NCBI GenBank assembly: GCA_040437565.1
Contig: JBDOQK010000046.1
Location: 1-64,000, forward strand
DNA from: Albugo candida
Lineage: Eukaryota
Length of the DNA stretch: 64,000 nt
Reading direction: 5' to 3'
Each line of letters opens with the position of its first letter. The stretch's first letter is position 1. Positions 13,312-25,806 of the stretch are shown here, one piece after another. Below the pieces are notes generated by a model. The model did not search any database and was not told the DNA's origin. It worked only from the letters and a program-made list of their open reading frames with translations. The translations under genes and the position numbers were made by a program.

Positions 13312-14526
13312 CGATAGGGACATTTTGTGTCGACACTTGCCTGAGATACGCAGAAGTCTTTGTATTGATCATATGAATCACCTATATCAGTACCACCACA
13401 ACGTATCGTCAAGTACATTTTAAATGGTTGGATTTCTTAACATTCTGGACAATCAATGTCAGTCCGCTGCATTACCTTCTTAGAGTGACAGGGCTATAGA
13501 ACTAGCGTTATTGAGCGAGCAGCTTTAACAAACCTATCATCTTAGGAAAAAGGAATGTGGGATAAGATGTTACACTTATTACATGTACATCATGTCAGCT
13601 ACTCGAGTTCGAATGCGCTTGCGCTGCAGCATACCCGGAAGACCAGAAGGCTAAGTATATCGTCTGTTAGTGATACGAGTCGCTGTTTACAAGCCATGAC
13701 ATATCTCGAGGTGCACATATTGCGTACGTACGATTTGCATAGGCTAGATTGTACCCATGTGGACGTTTGTACGCAACCGCGGCTATGTTCTATCCGCATC
13801 CGACGCTTACAATGCCGCATGTAAAGTCAGATGTCCGAAACTTGATGATCAGAATGACGTTCAAGAATAGATGCGTGTGCGTTGCGCTTTTTTAGAATAC
13901 GCTATCTTCTTTGTAGCATTTGAATTGAGATATCGAGTACGTATAGGTGGAGACAACGATGAAGCGCTGAGTAAGCATGATACAGCTTCTAAGCTTATCA
14001 AAAGAGCAGAATGTCTTCTAATGTTTTAGAACCAACCACGCCGAAATTAGGCAAGGGAAGCCTTGCGTTCAATGAAGAAAATGATGGGCTCACTTTCAAC
14101 CATAATACATCCAAATCGTCGAAAGACTCACGCAACCTTATGACTTACTGAGCGGACAATAGAAAACGTGAAGAGCGAGGTTGCAACTCACNNNNNNNNN
14201 NNNNNNNNNNNNNNNNNNNNNNNNNNNNNNNNNNNNNNNNNNNNNNNNNNNNNNNNNNNNNNNNNNNNNNNNNNNNNNNNNNNNNNNNNNNCGGAAGACC
14301 AGAAGGCTAAGTATATCGTCTGTTAGTGATACGAGTCGCTGTTTACAAGCCATGACATATCTCGAGGTGCACATATTGCGTACGTACGATTTGCATAGGC
14401 TAGATTGTACCCATGTGGACGTTTGTACGCAACCGCGGCTATGTTCTATCCGCATCCGACGCTTACAATGCCGCATGTAAAGTCAGATGTCCGAAACTTG
14501 ATGATCAGAATGACGTTCAAGAATAG

Positions 14527-15575
14527 ATGCGTGTGCGTTGCGCTTTTTTAGAATACGCTATCTTCTTTGTAGCATTTGAATTGAGATATCGAGTACGTAT
14601 AGGTGGAGACAACGATGAAGCGCTGAGTAAGCATGATACAGCTTCTAAGCTTATCAAAAGAGCAGAATGTCTTCTAATGTTTTAGAACCAACCACGCCGA
14701 AATTAGGCAAGGGAAGCCTTGCGTTCAATGAAGAAAATGATGGGCTCACTTTCAACCATAATACATCCAAATCGTCGAAAGACTCACGCAACCTTATGAC
14801 TTACTGAGCGGACAATAGAAAACGTGAAGAGCGAGGTTGCAACTCACCAAAACTCAAATTTGGAGATTTACTGATACGACAGAGCAAATAAACTTTCTCC
14901 TGTGCAAAATGTTGCGTACAATAATATGAAAGGGCTATAAGGTATGACCTTGGAGTTTACCTGTCCTTTGCTGCGATGCCAGGATGTCAAATCTCCAGCC
15001 AGTGGCGAACTGCCCCGGCAGTGGGGAGCGGAAAAGATAGTACGGAATCACCAACATCATCATCGATTCTCTCAAAATCTGCACCAGTTTCACGGCAATC
15101 AAATTTCTTTATGAACCGTCAGAGTTTCGCGAGTCATACTACGATGGAACTGTAGAACTTTACAAGACGGAATTGATCATGGCAAGTCCTTTGGTGAACA
15201 AACGTATCATCGATGAAGGAATCGCACTATAGTGTAAGGTTATCAAAAAGTGGCCACCCATCTAAATATCGATGTCTTCGGATTTCTATTGGAAGACTGC
15301 TACTATAATTACGAGAAGGAATTGACCGGCGCAAAACATTCTGCTTGCAAATTAGCCTCAATACAGATTCATTGACGAATGAGCGTGGTCTTTAACCCAT
15401 AGCAATAGAGCACAACTCAGAAGTTTACATTTGGCCGAGAAGCAGGAAGATACCTATAAGCAAACCTCCAACAGAATTAATTAAGGGGCCATTTATCGCG
15501 ACAACGATGCCAGAAGGCATTGACTAATTCTCATATACATCATCATTCGACTAGGGTTTATGCAAAATTTTGTAG
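14527..15575 (+). pseudogene. GH5 (exo-beta-1,3-glucanase-like) pseudogene, paralog of 61517-62743; absent from the ORF track
   Basis: Manual translation gives KLKFG, YDLGVYLSFAAMPGCQ, QPVANCP, FLYEPS, IMASPLVNKR, ISMSSDFYW, FIDE*, GPFIATT..FSYTS, collinear with the 61.5-kb protein; many stops and frameshifts. 13871-14191 is a gap-overlap copy of its 5' end. Confidence 0.85.
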
Positions 15576-17191
15576 CAAGACGATTTCTTTGTCAATTACG
15601 ATCATATGCGTCATTCAATAATGATCTGGACTTGGAAAAAAATGCTAACATAGCTCTTTGTATGTACAGTATCGACAAGAGGCTGGAATATCAATAAAAT
15701 GTCGATTACAAGATTATTGCGGCACAGGTTCGCTGTGCAAGCTTCACTTGACTGGTCGTCAGTTTGTTGGATCGATACGCTTCTACAATGCTTTCTCATA
15801 AAGTCCGTGCGCGGCGGAAAATTCGAGATAGGCTTGATTGAAAACATCTCGAATCGAAAGTTTTCTTTTCTTTTTCTCCGGTTGGATGTGTCGGTATGAA
15901 ATGCATTTGCATACATTTCATTTAAAGTGACATATGAGATCATATTCGCTCTAATCAATGGCGTATTTTGAAGCAGGCTCCGCATAAATTCACCGAGCTA
16001 TTAAAACTGTAATTTTCGCACGCTTATCCACTCGATGAAGCTCATATCACGTCAACACTCTGAGTCGTCAAGAATGCTGGTGACTGGGCACTATTTAGTC
16101 TCGTACTTGTGATATACCATGTGAGCAAGCGAAGAGAGTCGTGTTATTGCTCTCATGGAAGTTTGTATATCGATTGCGTGCACCAGCCGAAGCTCATCCT
16201 TCGATCCACCGAGTCAGACACGAGATCTTTTTACCTCCTGCTTTGTTAGCTATAAATTCGCAGCAAAGCTCTTTGTACCATCAGAATCCATACGGCATCG
16301 AAGCAAACTTCCTACACTGTGAACCAGCTTATCCATTTTCATGTGATTAGCACCAGATTCGTCTGCTATGTCCATCTATACTAGATGAGCAACGTCGGAA
16401 TCGATTGGAATGAGACAATTGGAGAGGACCTGAAACGCATCCGAGCAAAAGACTCGACGGACAGTCATACCGGTTGCATCATACTTCCCACACCCAAACG
16501 CTACAATTTTTGGTCGAAGAGCGAAGAACATGCTGAAGCGATCATTAATGTATGAGCACGCATCTACTCAATGCGATCAAATACATATTTGATGACTTGT
16601 CCGATACTTTTGGGAAATTTGTCGATTGTACAGCTTGACCTTCACAACATCTTTCGGTCATCAATTGTGACGTATACGGGATACAATGAAGCTGATGTTA
16701 CGATCGGCACATCCAATAAGGAGACAAAATCGATCGAAAAGATGCTCCGATAACAACTCGGAAGATTGCCCAGAATCGGTGGGATCCTTGGTGCCTGAAC
16801 GTGACACGCACAGCATACAAAGTCCTACAAAATCACCCCGTCATGTACATTCTATCTATCATAAGCGCAATGCCAAATATCGATAATCCTCCTGGGCGCT
16901 CTGCCAATCTTTGGCGTACTTTCCTTCTCAGTACCAGGAATAAAGCCATTCCTGCGCTCAGTGGTAGATTCATGAAGGTGAAGCATGCGCCACACATATA
17001 ATCGAACATATCATTATTNNNNNNNNNNNNNNNNNNNNNNNNNNNNNNNNNNNNNNNNNNNNNNNNNNNNNNNNNNNNNNNNNNNNNNNNNNNNNNNNNN
17101 NNNNNNNNNNNNNNNNNNTGCGCTCAGTGGTAGATTCATGAAGGTGAAGCATGCGCCACACATATAATCGAACATATCATTATTGGCTGAA

Positions 17192-19476
17192 ATGAATGCT
17201 CATCTAAGGGAAGATTCTGATAGCGATGAAAACGATGTGCTCAACAGCATTTCTGTGGCATCCAGAATGCTAGAAAAGGATCTTACTAGAGCGTCTGTTG
17301 TCCACATGCTGGAGTTGAATGAAGTCAATCGCGGCGATGCTGAGGATGATGCAGATATCGAATCTGCTTTTGGTGAAAGTCAGCTGAAGGCGTCTGTGCT
17401 ACAGCGCGTGCAGAGCGAAGCAAAACTCCGTAAGCTCGCTGAAATGGACACTGGGAATAGAAACCCTGACGGTAGGCTTTTTGTTCCCAATCATACATTT
17501 TGACGTGCATTTCTATGCATCTCTAGCGGCAGAAGATCTATTCGAGCGAATTCCAGATCCATACATGCAATACACCTCCTTTCAGCGGATCGAAATTACA
17601 ACAACAGATGACGACATTGATCGCGAAACTCGTGAAGTTTGCGAGCTGATTCGAAAGTGTCTAGCATTGAGGACAAAATGGGTCAACGTGACTGATGTTG
17701 ATGCAGCTTTGTCCCGCCGTCTATCAGAGGAAAGCATCCATAGCCCTAGATCTTCGCAATTTCGTCATCGTGAGGAACTTGCTTATGACCCATTTTCGCG
17801 TCCCATGACAGCAACTTCTTCTCATCATTTCAAAATGGAGAATGGTGTCGTACAAGTTTACGCCCGAGATGATCTCAATACAGAACCACTATTCTCGGTG
17901 CGATCCATGGCGGAGTATTACCGAGATCTCTTTGAACTCAAAAGGATCATCAATTTTGGTCCAGTCAAGTCGCTATGCTACAAGCGACTACAACTCTTGG
18001 AAGCTCGTTTCAATTTACACACGTTGTTGAATGCCGAACGCGAGTTAATGGCTCAAAAAACAGTTCCACATCGAGATTTCTATAACATCCGCAAAGTGGA
18101 CACTCATGTTCATCATTCCGCATGCATGAATCAGAAGCACCTTTTACGCTTCATAAAGTCGAGATTGCGGAATTCTCCAGGAGAAATTGTTATTCATCGT
18201 GATGGAAAATACATGACGCTAAGTGAAGTGTTCCGGTCGCTCAATCTCACCGCATATGATCTGAGTGTAGATACATTAGATATGCACGCATGCAACACCT
18301 TCCACCGGTTTGATCGATTTAATCTCAAATACAATCCTGCAGGTCAAAGCCGGCTGCGGGAAATCTTCTTGAAAACGGACAATCACATCAACGGGAAATA
18401 TTTGGCAGAGATTACGCATGAAGTCATGAGCGATTTACAGGCAAACAAGTACCAGCTGGTAGAATGGCGGATTTCAATTTATGGCAGGAAAGCTTCGGAG
18501 TGGAACACATTGGCAAACTGGTTTTATACAAATCGGCTAGCATCCCCTCATGTTCGTTGGATGGTTCAGATCCCGCGTCTTTACTTTTTGTATCGAAAGT
18601 CAAACGAAATCAAAAATTTTCAAGAAATGCTGGAATGCATTTTCTTACCGCTTTTCGAGGTCTCAAGAGCGCCTAGTTCGAATCCAGCTTTGCACTATTT
18701 CCTGGAAACCATGGTTGGATTTGATTGTGTCGATGATGAGAGCAAAGTAGAGCCTTTACGGGCTGAACGGGGGAAGAATTTACCATTTCCAAGTGATTGG
18801 ACAAACGAAAACAACCCGCCTTACGATTACTGGTGTTACTACATCCACGCGAATCTATCCGTCCTGAATGCATTTCGATCTGAAAAGGGACTGTCAACGT
18901 TCTCGTTTCGGCCTCATTCCGGTGAGGCGGGTGATCCTGAGCATTTGGCAGCCACTTTCCTCACTGCGAATGGCATCAATCATGGCATCACTTTGCGTAA
19001 GGCGGTGGCTTTACAGTATCTTTATTACTTGACGCAAATTGGAATTGCAATGTCGCCACTCAGTAACAATCGTCTCTTTTTGGACTACCACCGTAATCCA
19101 TTTCCAATTTATCATGCACGCGGACTGAATGTCTCATTGAGCACCGATGATCCTCTCTTATTACACTATACAAAAGATCCGCTGGTAGAAGAGTATTCTG
19201 TGGCAGCACAAGTGTGGAAATTATCATCCGCAGACATTTGTGAGATCGCGCGGAATTCTGTGCTGCAATCTGGATTCGAGCATGAGTTCAAGAAGCATTA
19301 TCTCGGTAAAAAGTATTCGCTGCCAGGAGCACAGGGAAACGGTATGAGCTTCTTAATTGACTTTGACATCGTTTTAACTTGTATCTATAGACATTCGGAT
19401 GACAAACGTGCCTGATATACGTGTGAATTATCGGCACGAGACGCTTGCATCAGAGCTTGCTTTCATTCAGAACTGA
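17192..19476 (+). CDS. AMPD: AMP deaminase (spliced; 5' end uncertain, may start near 16.7-16.9 kb)
   Basis: RDFYNIRKVDTHVHHSACMNQKHLLRFIK, FRPHSGEAG, SLSTDDPL. Introns at about 17472-17526 and 19342-19390; the last exon gives DIRMTNVPDIRVNYRHETL. Confidence 0.96.
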
Positions 19477-19560
19477 ACTGCGGTGCTTAAGCCTTTCTAC
19501 TTTGACCTCTGTAATCGAATCAAATCGAGTTTTATGTAACCTCTATAAACTAATGATGTC

Positions 19561-22500
19561 ATGGAAATCGGGTCGTTAGTGATTGAGCAACAACGCTGCA
19601 TGGCTTCGCTGTCTCCTGCGTCTCGCATTTTGAAAGAGAACAAGGTTCCAATGGATCTAGAGGATCTTGATAGCAATATAGTACAATCAAAGCGTAAATC
19701 CTCAACTGGATGCTCGATTCTTCCGTCATCCAGGCGAAAGAAGCGTCGATTGCAATCTCATGGCTCAGACAACAGTGAACAAAACAAAAGCGATGTAGAG
19801 AGCCAAGGAGAAGAAAGACAAGCAAAAGAAAAATCCGCACTTCTCAATGGCAGACGCGTTTCTTCGCAGAGTGAAATGGGAATTATCGAAGAAATTTACT
19901 GCGAAAATTTCATGTGTCACCAAAAGCTACGCGTGGAACTGGTACGAATTGTCGATTTTCCTGCCCGGGTGCTGATAGAACTTGCTAGAGTCCAAACATT
20001 AATTTTATCACTGGTGAGAACGGAAGTGGAAAAAGCGCGATCATTGCAGCCATTCAAGTAAATCAAAGGATCGACTCGCGGATCGGTTCAAATGACGTGA
20101 AATTGATTTGTAGATATGTTTAGGTGCCAGTGCTCGTAGCACACATCGTGGAAAAAGTCTTAAGAATCTAATCCGACATGGTCATGATGGACATGCACTT
20201 CTTCGAGTCACATTACGAAATGATGGTAGATCGATTTGATACAGGCTTTTTTTCATAGTTGACGATAGAAATGTGCAGGCACCAACGGCGATACTTTCCG
20301 TTCAAGTGCGTATGGGAAAAGAATCATGGTTGAGCGTCTTCTTCGACGCGATGGATCAGCAGAGTACAGATTGAAAAATGAGAATGGCAATGTAGTCTCC
20401 AAGCTGAAATTCGACTTGGAAGCAATTTTGGATCACTTCAACATACATGTGTGTCATCACTTTAAGATTACCAGAGCTCAAGCGTTTTCATGTAGACAGA
20501 GAACCCTTGCACAGTGCTGGATCAGGAGAACGCCAAACTATTCATCAAAGGCGGCGATGAAGATAAGTACAAGGTTCGTAGACGATACGAGAACGGGTGA
20601 ACGGCTAAACTTGATGCATTTTAGTTTTTCCTACGCTCCACGGATTTGTACAAAATGCGTGTTACCTATGCCAAAATCGATGAGGAAACACAGACGATTG
20701 AAGGCATGGCATTACCTCGCGAGCAAGCAAATCTGAAGAAACTCGAGCATGCAATGGAGGAAGCGATTCGTCGATGGGAAGATGCGCAAAGTGTACGTTT
20801 ATTGAGACGATTAGAGACTTATGCTCAAGTGATTTTGTAGATTGAGAAACTCGACCAGGAACTGAAACAAGTGAAAATGGAACTCGCATGGTCCTTTGTT
20901 CATGAGAAAGAGCAGGAGACAGCGGATCTCGCGAAAAGTTTGAGAGATCAGAGACAGAATTACGAGCTACTGGAGAAAGAATGCCAAGAAAGTCTTTCCA
21001 ATGTTACGCAACTGGAGGAAGAACAAAGCAGAATGCAAGAAAAACTTGAGAAGCTGAATGAGCGAAGCTGTGAGATACACACAAAAAAGGATACCACAAG
21101 ACAAATCATCCGCGAAAGAAGACGACCTCTCCATACATCGAAAGCTGAATTGAAGCAAATTGAACACCAGAAGAAACGCTTGGATGACAGGATGCAGCAA
21201 GTGGAAGCTCGAATCAAGAAGAAGCAAGCCCAGTATGATCAAGCTCGAACCAATCGGCAGGATTGGCTTGATTCTATCCAACAGAAAATTGAGCAAAAGC
21301 GTAGCGAGTTGAGTACTATTGAAAGAGAAATGGAGGCTGCGAAATTGACTTGGAAAAATTCAGATTGTACCAATGAATTGCAGCAAGTTGAGGCGCAATA
21401 CGAGTCATACCAACGCCAAATTCGAGATGTGGAAAATGAAATTCGACGAGTCGAACAGCGTCTGCACAATATACAGTCTCAATCATTGGACTCGTTGGCA
21501 GTTTTTGGAAGTCGGATCCCCACACTCCACAATTTGATTCAGTCCAATTTGCAGCGTTTTCAGGATCCTCCGCTAGGTCCCTTAGGCCTCCATGTTCGAC
21601 TGCCAGAACAATTTCGGCAGTATGCAGTCGCTATTGAGGTCGCACTGAAAGGAAGCTTACAGAGCTTTTTGGTGACAAATGGCCGGGATAAAGCTCTTCT
21701 GGATGACCTCAAACGACAGGCACATTGTCCGGCTAACCAAGCCACGATCATCATCGCCAAGCGAAGTAATGAAAGGTACACAGAGCTTTGTGTTCCAGAA
21801 GGAGAATTAGCTCGTCATGCAATCTGTAACCTGCTGGAGATCCAAGACGCGAATGTGTTCAATGCGCTGATTGATGTGTGCAGCATCGAGAACAAAGTTT
21901 GTATCGAGAATCGAAGTCTTGCAGAACNNNNNNNNNNNNNNNNNNNNNNNNNNNNNNNNNNNNNNNNNNNNNNNNNNNNNNNNNNNNNNNNNNNNNNNNN
22001 NNNNNNNNNNNNNNNNNNNNNNNNNNNCCCTTAGGCCTCCATGTTCGACTGCCAGAACAATTTCGGCAGTATGCAGTCGCTATTGAGGTCGCATTGAAAG
22101 GAAGCTTGCAGAGCTTTTTGGTGACAAATGGCCGGGATAAAGCTCTTCTGGATGACCTCAAACGACAGGCACATTGTCCGGCTAACCAAGCCACGATCAT
22201 CATCGCCAAGCGAAGTAATGAAAGGTACACAGAGCTTTGTGTTCCAGAAGGAGAATTAGCTCGTCATGCAATCTGTAACCTGCTGGAGATCCAAGACGCG
22301 AATGTGTTCAATGCGCTGATTGATGTGTGCAGCATCGAGAACAAAGTTTGTATCGAGAATCGAAGTCTTGCAGAACGACTAGTTCTGCAAGGTAGCAGTG
22401 GGTCGTACAGGATGGCTAAAGGGGTGAAAGAGGTCTACTTACCATCCGGAGATAAATTTGTGGCACGGAGCGGGAATCTTGCGTATATCTCGTACAAAGG

Positions 22501-23870
22501 CCAGCATCGAAGTGGGGTCATTTGTCGTGATACTGAGGCTGACAAGAAAGAAAATGAACAACGTCGACAATTCCTTTGCACGCAACATCAAAAATTGGTC
22601 CAGGAACGGGAAGCTATCTGCAAAGAACGTCAGAGATTAGTAAATGCACGAGAGGAATCGGAATCAAAAATGAACACTTGGACCCGGCGGTACCATCAAG
22701 CAAAACTGGTCTTTGAGAATCTCGAGGAAGAAGCTCGAGCTGACTCCGTCCAAGACCAAAGTGTAGACATCTCGATGTTTGAGCAGGAACGAGAAGAGAT
22801 TGGCAGAGATCTTGTAAAGCTTGAAGAACATAAGCAAATGATCATAACACGTCTTGCTGAAGGGAGCCCCGATCTGGAAAAGTTGCTCATAGAGCTGGAG
22901 GAGTACGATGCGGATGAAAAAATTGTCGAAAATGCTCTGAATAAGCTACAAGGGGAGCTTGAACAGCGATACCAGGCTTTACGAACCCACAAAAGCAAAC
23001 AAATGCGACTGAAACGAAGCCTGGATGAAATTGAGAAGCAGATCCAAACGAATGAAGAGAAACATCGAACGTGCCAGTTGGAATGCGAACAAGTCTGTCG
23101 AAAGGCTCAACAGCACTGCAACTCTGAACAACGTATCGCTGTTACCGAATCACACGAGTACTACGGAAAAAAGCTGACCCATATCCAGCAGAAAATTGAT
23201 CGTGAACGCCAGCGATTTGAAGGGATGAATCTGACGGATTTGGCTCTTGACAAAGAGGAGAAAACACTCCAATTTGAGCGTCAAAAGACAATTCTGGATC
23301 GATACGTTGAGAATCTTCAAGAGCTTCGGCAGATGTTACAAGAGAGGCAAAGCATGTGGAAGCTCCTACGAAATGAAATTGCTCATCGGAGCTCCATGGA
23401 ATTTAACCGACTGATGCTCAATAACAACTTTGCCGGAAAACTCAAATTCTCACACAGTGGGGGAACACTCGAAATCACAGTCGTACAGAATGATCAAGCA
23501 GCCACCACTCGAGCTTCTCGGATCACCAATATGAAGGAATTGTCCGGCGGTGAGCGATCATACACTCAAATATCGCTCCTGATCGCATTGGGACAATGCA
23601 TCGAGTGCCCTTTCCGTGTAATGGATGAATTTGATGTCTTTATGGATGCTGTAAATCGGGACATGGCCATTCAGCTTCTCGTACAGGCTGCAAAGCGCGA
23701 ATCTGGAAAGCAGTTCATTTTCGTGACACCAAACGACTTGAGGTATTGTGCCACTCTATTTTCGACATTGAACTTGAGATCTCTTGTGTTGTAGTGCTTT
23801 GTTGGAAGATTCGATGATCAAAATCCAGAAAATGAACCCTCCAAGGGACAGACTTAACGCGCCGCGGTGA
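19561..23870 (+). CDS. SMC6: Structural maintenance of chromosomes protein 6 (multi-exon; 21578-21927 duplicated across a gap)
   Basis: ENFMCH, Walker A FITGENGSGKSA (spliced exon near 19990-20057), coiled coils, hinge PPLGPLG, LSGGERSY signature, FRVMDEFDVFMD, QFIFVTP. Confidence 0.93.
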
Positions 23871-24229
23871 ATACGTACTGCATAGCATCGTTTATTTGCG
23901 TTAGCATAAAACTTTTTGATACAGAAGAGTTGCTGTAGACATGAAAAGAAGGTTGAATTGCTATCAGACACTATCTGTCGGTGGGCCAAGCTTATCTAGC
24001 GCTTGTTAAAGAAAACCAAGACAAAGCTGTAAGCTTTTCATCGAAAAGCGTCCTTACATCAACAGCTATAGACTTTGATCAAAGTGATCCAAGGGAAAGC
24101 TGGAAATCGAAATCTATCGAAAAGCTCTATGTTATAACCGCTATTACTAATGATAACCGCTAGGTAATTAGAGGCTGGGTAGGTTTCGGGGTGAAGTTGA
24201 CTTCTCAGATTTTTGACAAAAAAGACAAA

Positions 24230-25762
24230 ATGCAACCAACAAAGAAAGCGCGCGTTATTGTGGCACACGGATGGGGAACAGCAGCTCCCAGTACGAGTAG
24301 TGTGTTCTGCGACGAGTCGCGCTTACGTCACATCTACGAAATGGATTCAATGGATCATGTCGAAGCTTCTGTGGGCGGTAAAGGATCTCAATCGTGCGCG
24401 CAAATCACGGGGAATCGATCTCTCGACTCGATTGATTACGTAATGGCTGATATGGTGAAATCGTGTAAATGGATAACGGAGAAGTCGAAAGGCGTAAACT
24501 CTGTCTCTGAATGTGTCGCGTGTCTACAGGAAGGAGCTGTGCTCGAAATTCTTCCATGTGGACATACACTCCATCCAGACTGTTTTTTACGCTGGTATCG
24601 ACTGAATCGGTCTTGTCCGTTGTGTCGAGGCTCTGCTGAAAAGATTGAAGCTGCTAAGGATTCGATGAAGGTGCAAGAGAATATAATGGAAGATGACTTG
24701 GAAGGTCGGATTTCTGAAATGATACCGGAGTCAGTACTTGAGGAAGGAATGATACAACAGAAGGAAGTAGGAGAAATGAGAGAAGATGATTTGATTGAAT
24801 TTCTAGACACAGAAAGCAGTGTTTCTTGGACTGAGGACGTCCTCATGGAGGATCGAAATGACGTATCCTTATCGGCCAATGATCCTACTTTGTTGAAGTC
24901 TGTAGAAACATTACAGCTTTTATTGCCTTCTTCTGATGGATGCAAGAAGGATGTCGGTAGCTCTGCTTCTTGTAATTATCCGCCCACCACAACAATTCCA
25001 AATTACTGGCACGTTCTCAGTGAGGATTTTGGGAGGTCAAGTCATTCGGGGAGGGACGGGAATATGGACTCAAGCTTTGCGGTGAAAGCACAAGCTGGAA
25101 ATGATCTACCGACAATTCATAGAACTGGTATGAACGAGAGTCGAGACAATGATTTGGACACAAACAAGACAGTGTCATGTCGATGCAGTGGAGGCTGCCG
25201 AAACGGTAGATGTGCATGCGTGAGGGAGAATGGAATGTGCTCTTCAGCATGTCGATGTACATCATGTCAAAATCCTTTTTCCATCGTCAAATCCGTCGGT
25301 GCAAATATGGAAATTCTGAAGAATGATAGCTGCTTCATGCAGAACGCATGCAAAGGCCGTATAATGAAATCACGCTTACAGGAGTTTCTCACGCTCACCT
25401 GCTGCAATCGCCAAATTCGGGTCAAGGAATGTCTGCACGGATACACATGCATGGATTGTACGTCTTCTTTTGCTCCGAAAAACAAGCTGGAGTATCATTA
25501 CACCTTTTCCTGGTGCACAAACAGACTTTTGCAAGCCATGAAGACTCCTCGACGGCACTGTGACATTTGCAAGCGATGTACAGACCACCGAGATCAGCAT
25601 TGCAACGATTGCAATAGGTGCTACTTTGCAGGGGTTACTGGAGAACTGCCTTGTTCTTGTCAAGGCTATCAAAATAAGAGCAATCAGATTGAAACAGAAG
25701 CAATTGCTTTCGATCACGTCGTAGCCTCAGCTGAAGAAGAGAACGAATGCACAATTATGTAG
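24230..25762 (+). CDS. RING-H2 + CXC (tesmin/CRC-like) + Cys/His-rich protein with C-terminal CaaX (CTIM)
   Basis: CVAC..LPCGHTLHPDC..W...CPLC; CRCSGGCRNGRCAC...CSSACRCTSCQNP; HCDICKRC..HCNDCNRC; ends EEENECTIM*. Confidence 0.85.
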   Translation: MQPTKKARVIVAHGWGTAAPSTSSVFCDESRLRHIYEMDSMDHVEASVGGKGSQSCAQITGNRSLDSIDYVMADMVKSCKWITEKSKGVNSVSECVACLQEGAVLEILPCGHTLHPDCFLRWYRLNRSCPLCRGSAEKIEAAKDSMKVQENIMEDDLEGRISEMIPESVLEEGMIQQKEVGEMREDDLIEFLDTESSVSWTEDVLMEDRNDVSLSANDPTLLKSVETLQLLLPSSDGCKKDVGSSASCNYPPTTTIPNYWHVLSEDFGRSSHSGRDGNMDSSFAVKAQAGNDLPTIHRTGMNESRDNDLDTNKTVSCRCSGGCRNGRCACVRENGMCSSACRCTSCQNPFSIVKSVGANMEILKNDSCFMQNACKGRIMKSRLQEFLTLTCCNRQIRVKECLHGYTCMDCTSSFAPKNKLEYHYTFSWCTNRLLQAMKTPRRHCDICKRCTDHRDQHCNDCNRCYFAGVTGELPCSCQGYQNKSNQIETEAIAFDHVVASAEEENECTIM

Positions 25763-25806
25763 TGGTCACAACGCATGGATTATGTGTAATACACTAAAAA
25801 CCACAG

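Noticed and set aside
13636-14847. About 555-bp direct repeat resembling LTRs or a tandem duplication
   Set aside because: The copies abut a 100-N gap exactly; this is an unmerged contig overlap.
15350-15440. Possible tRNA-like sequence
   Set aside because: No cloverleaf or T-loop; the region translates as part of the GH5 pseudogene.
15611-16560. Possible decayed minus-strand gene or CCG-like effector
   Set aside because: Stop-riddled frame with no signal peptide or convincing CxxCxxxxxG motif.
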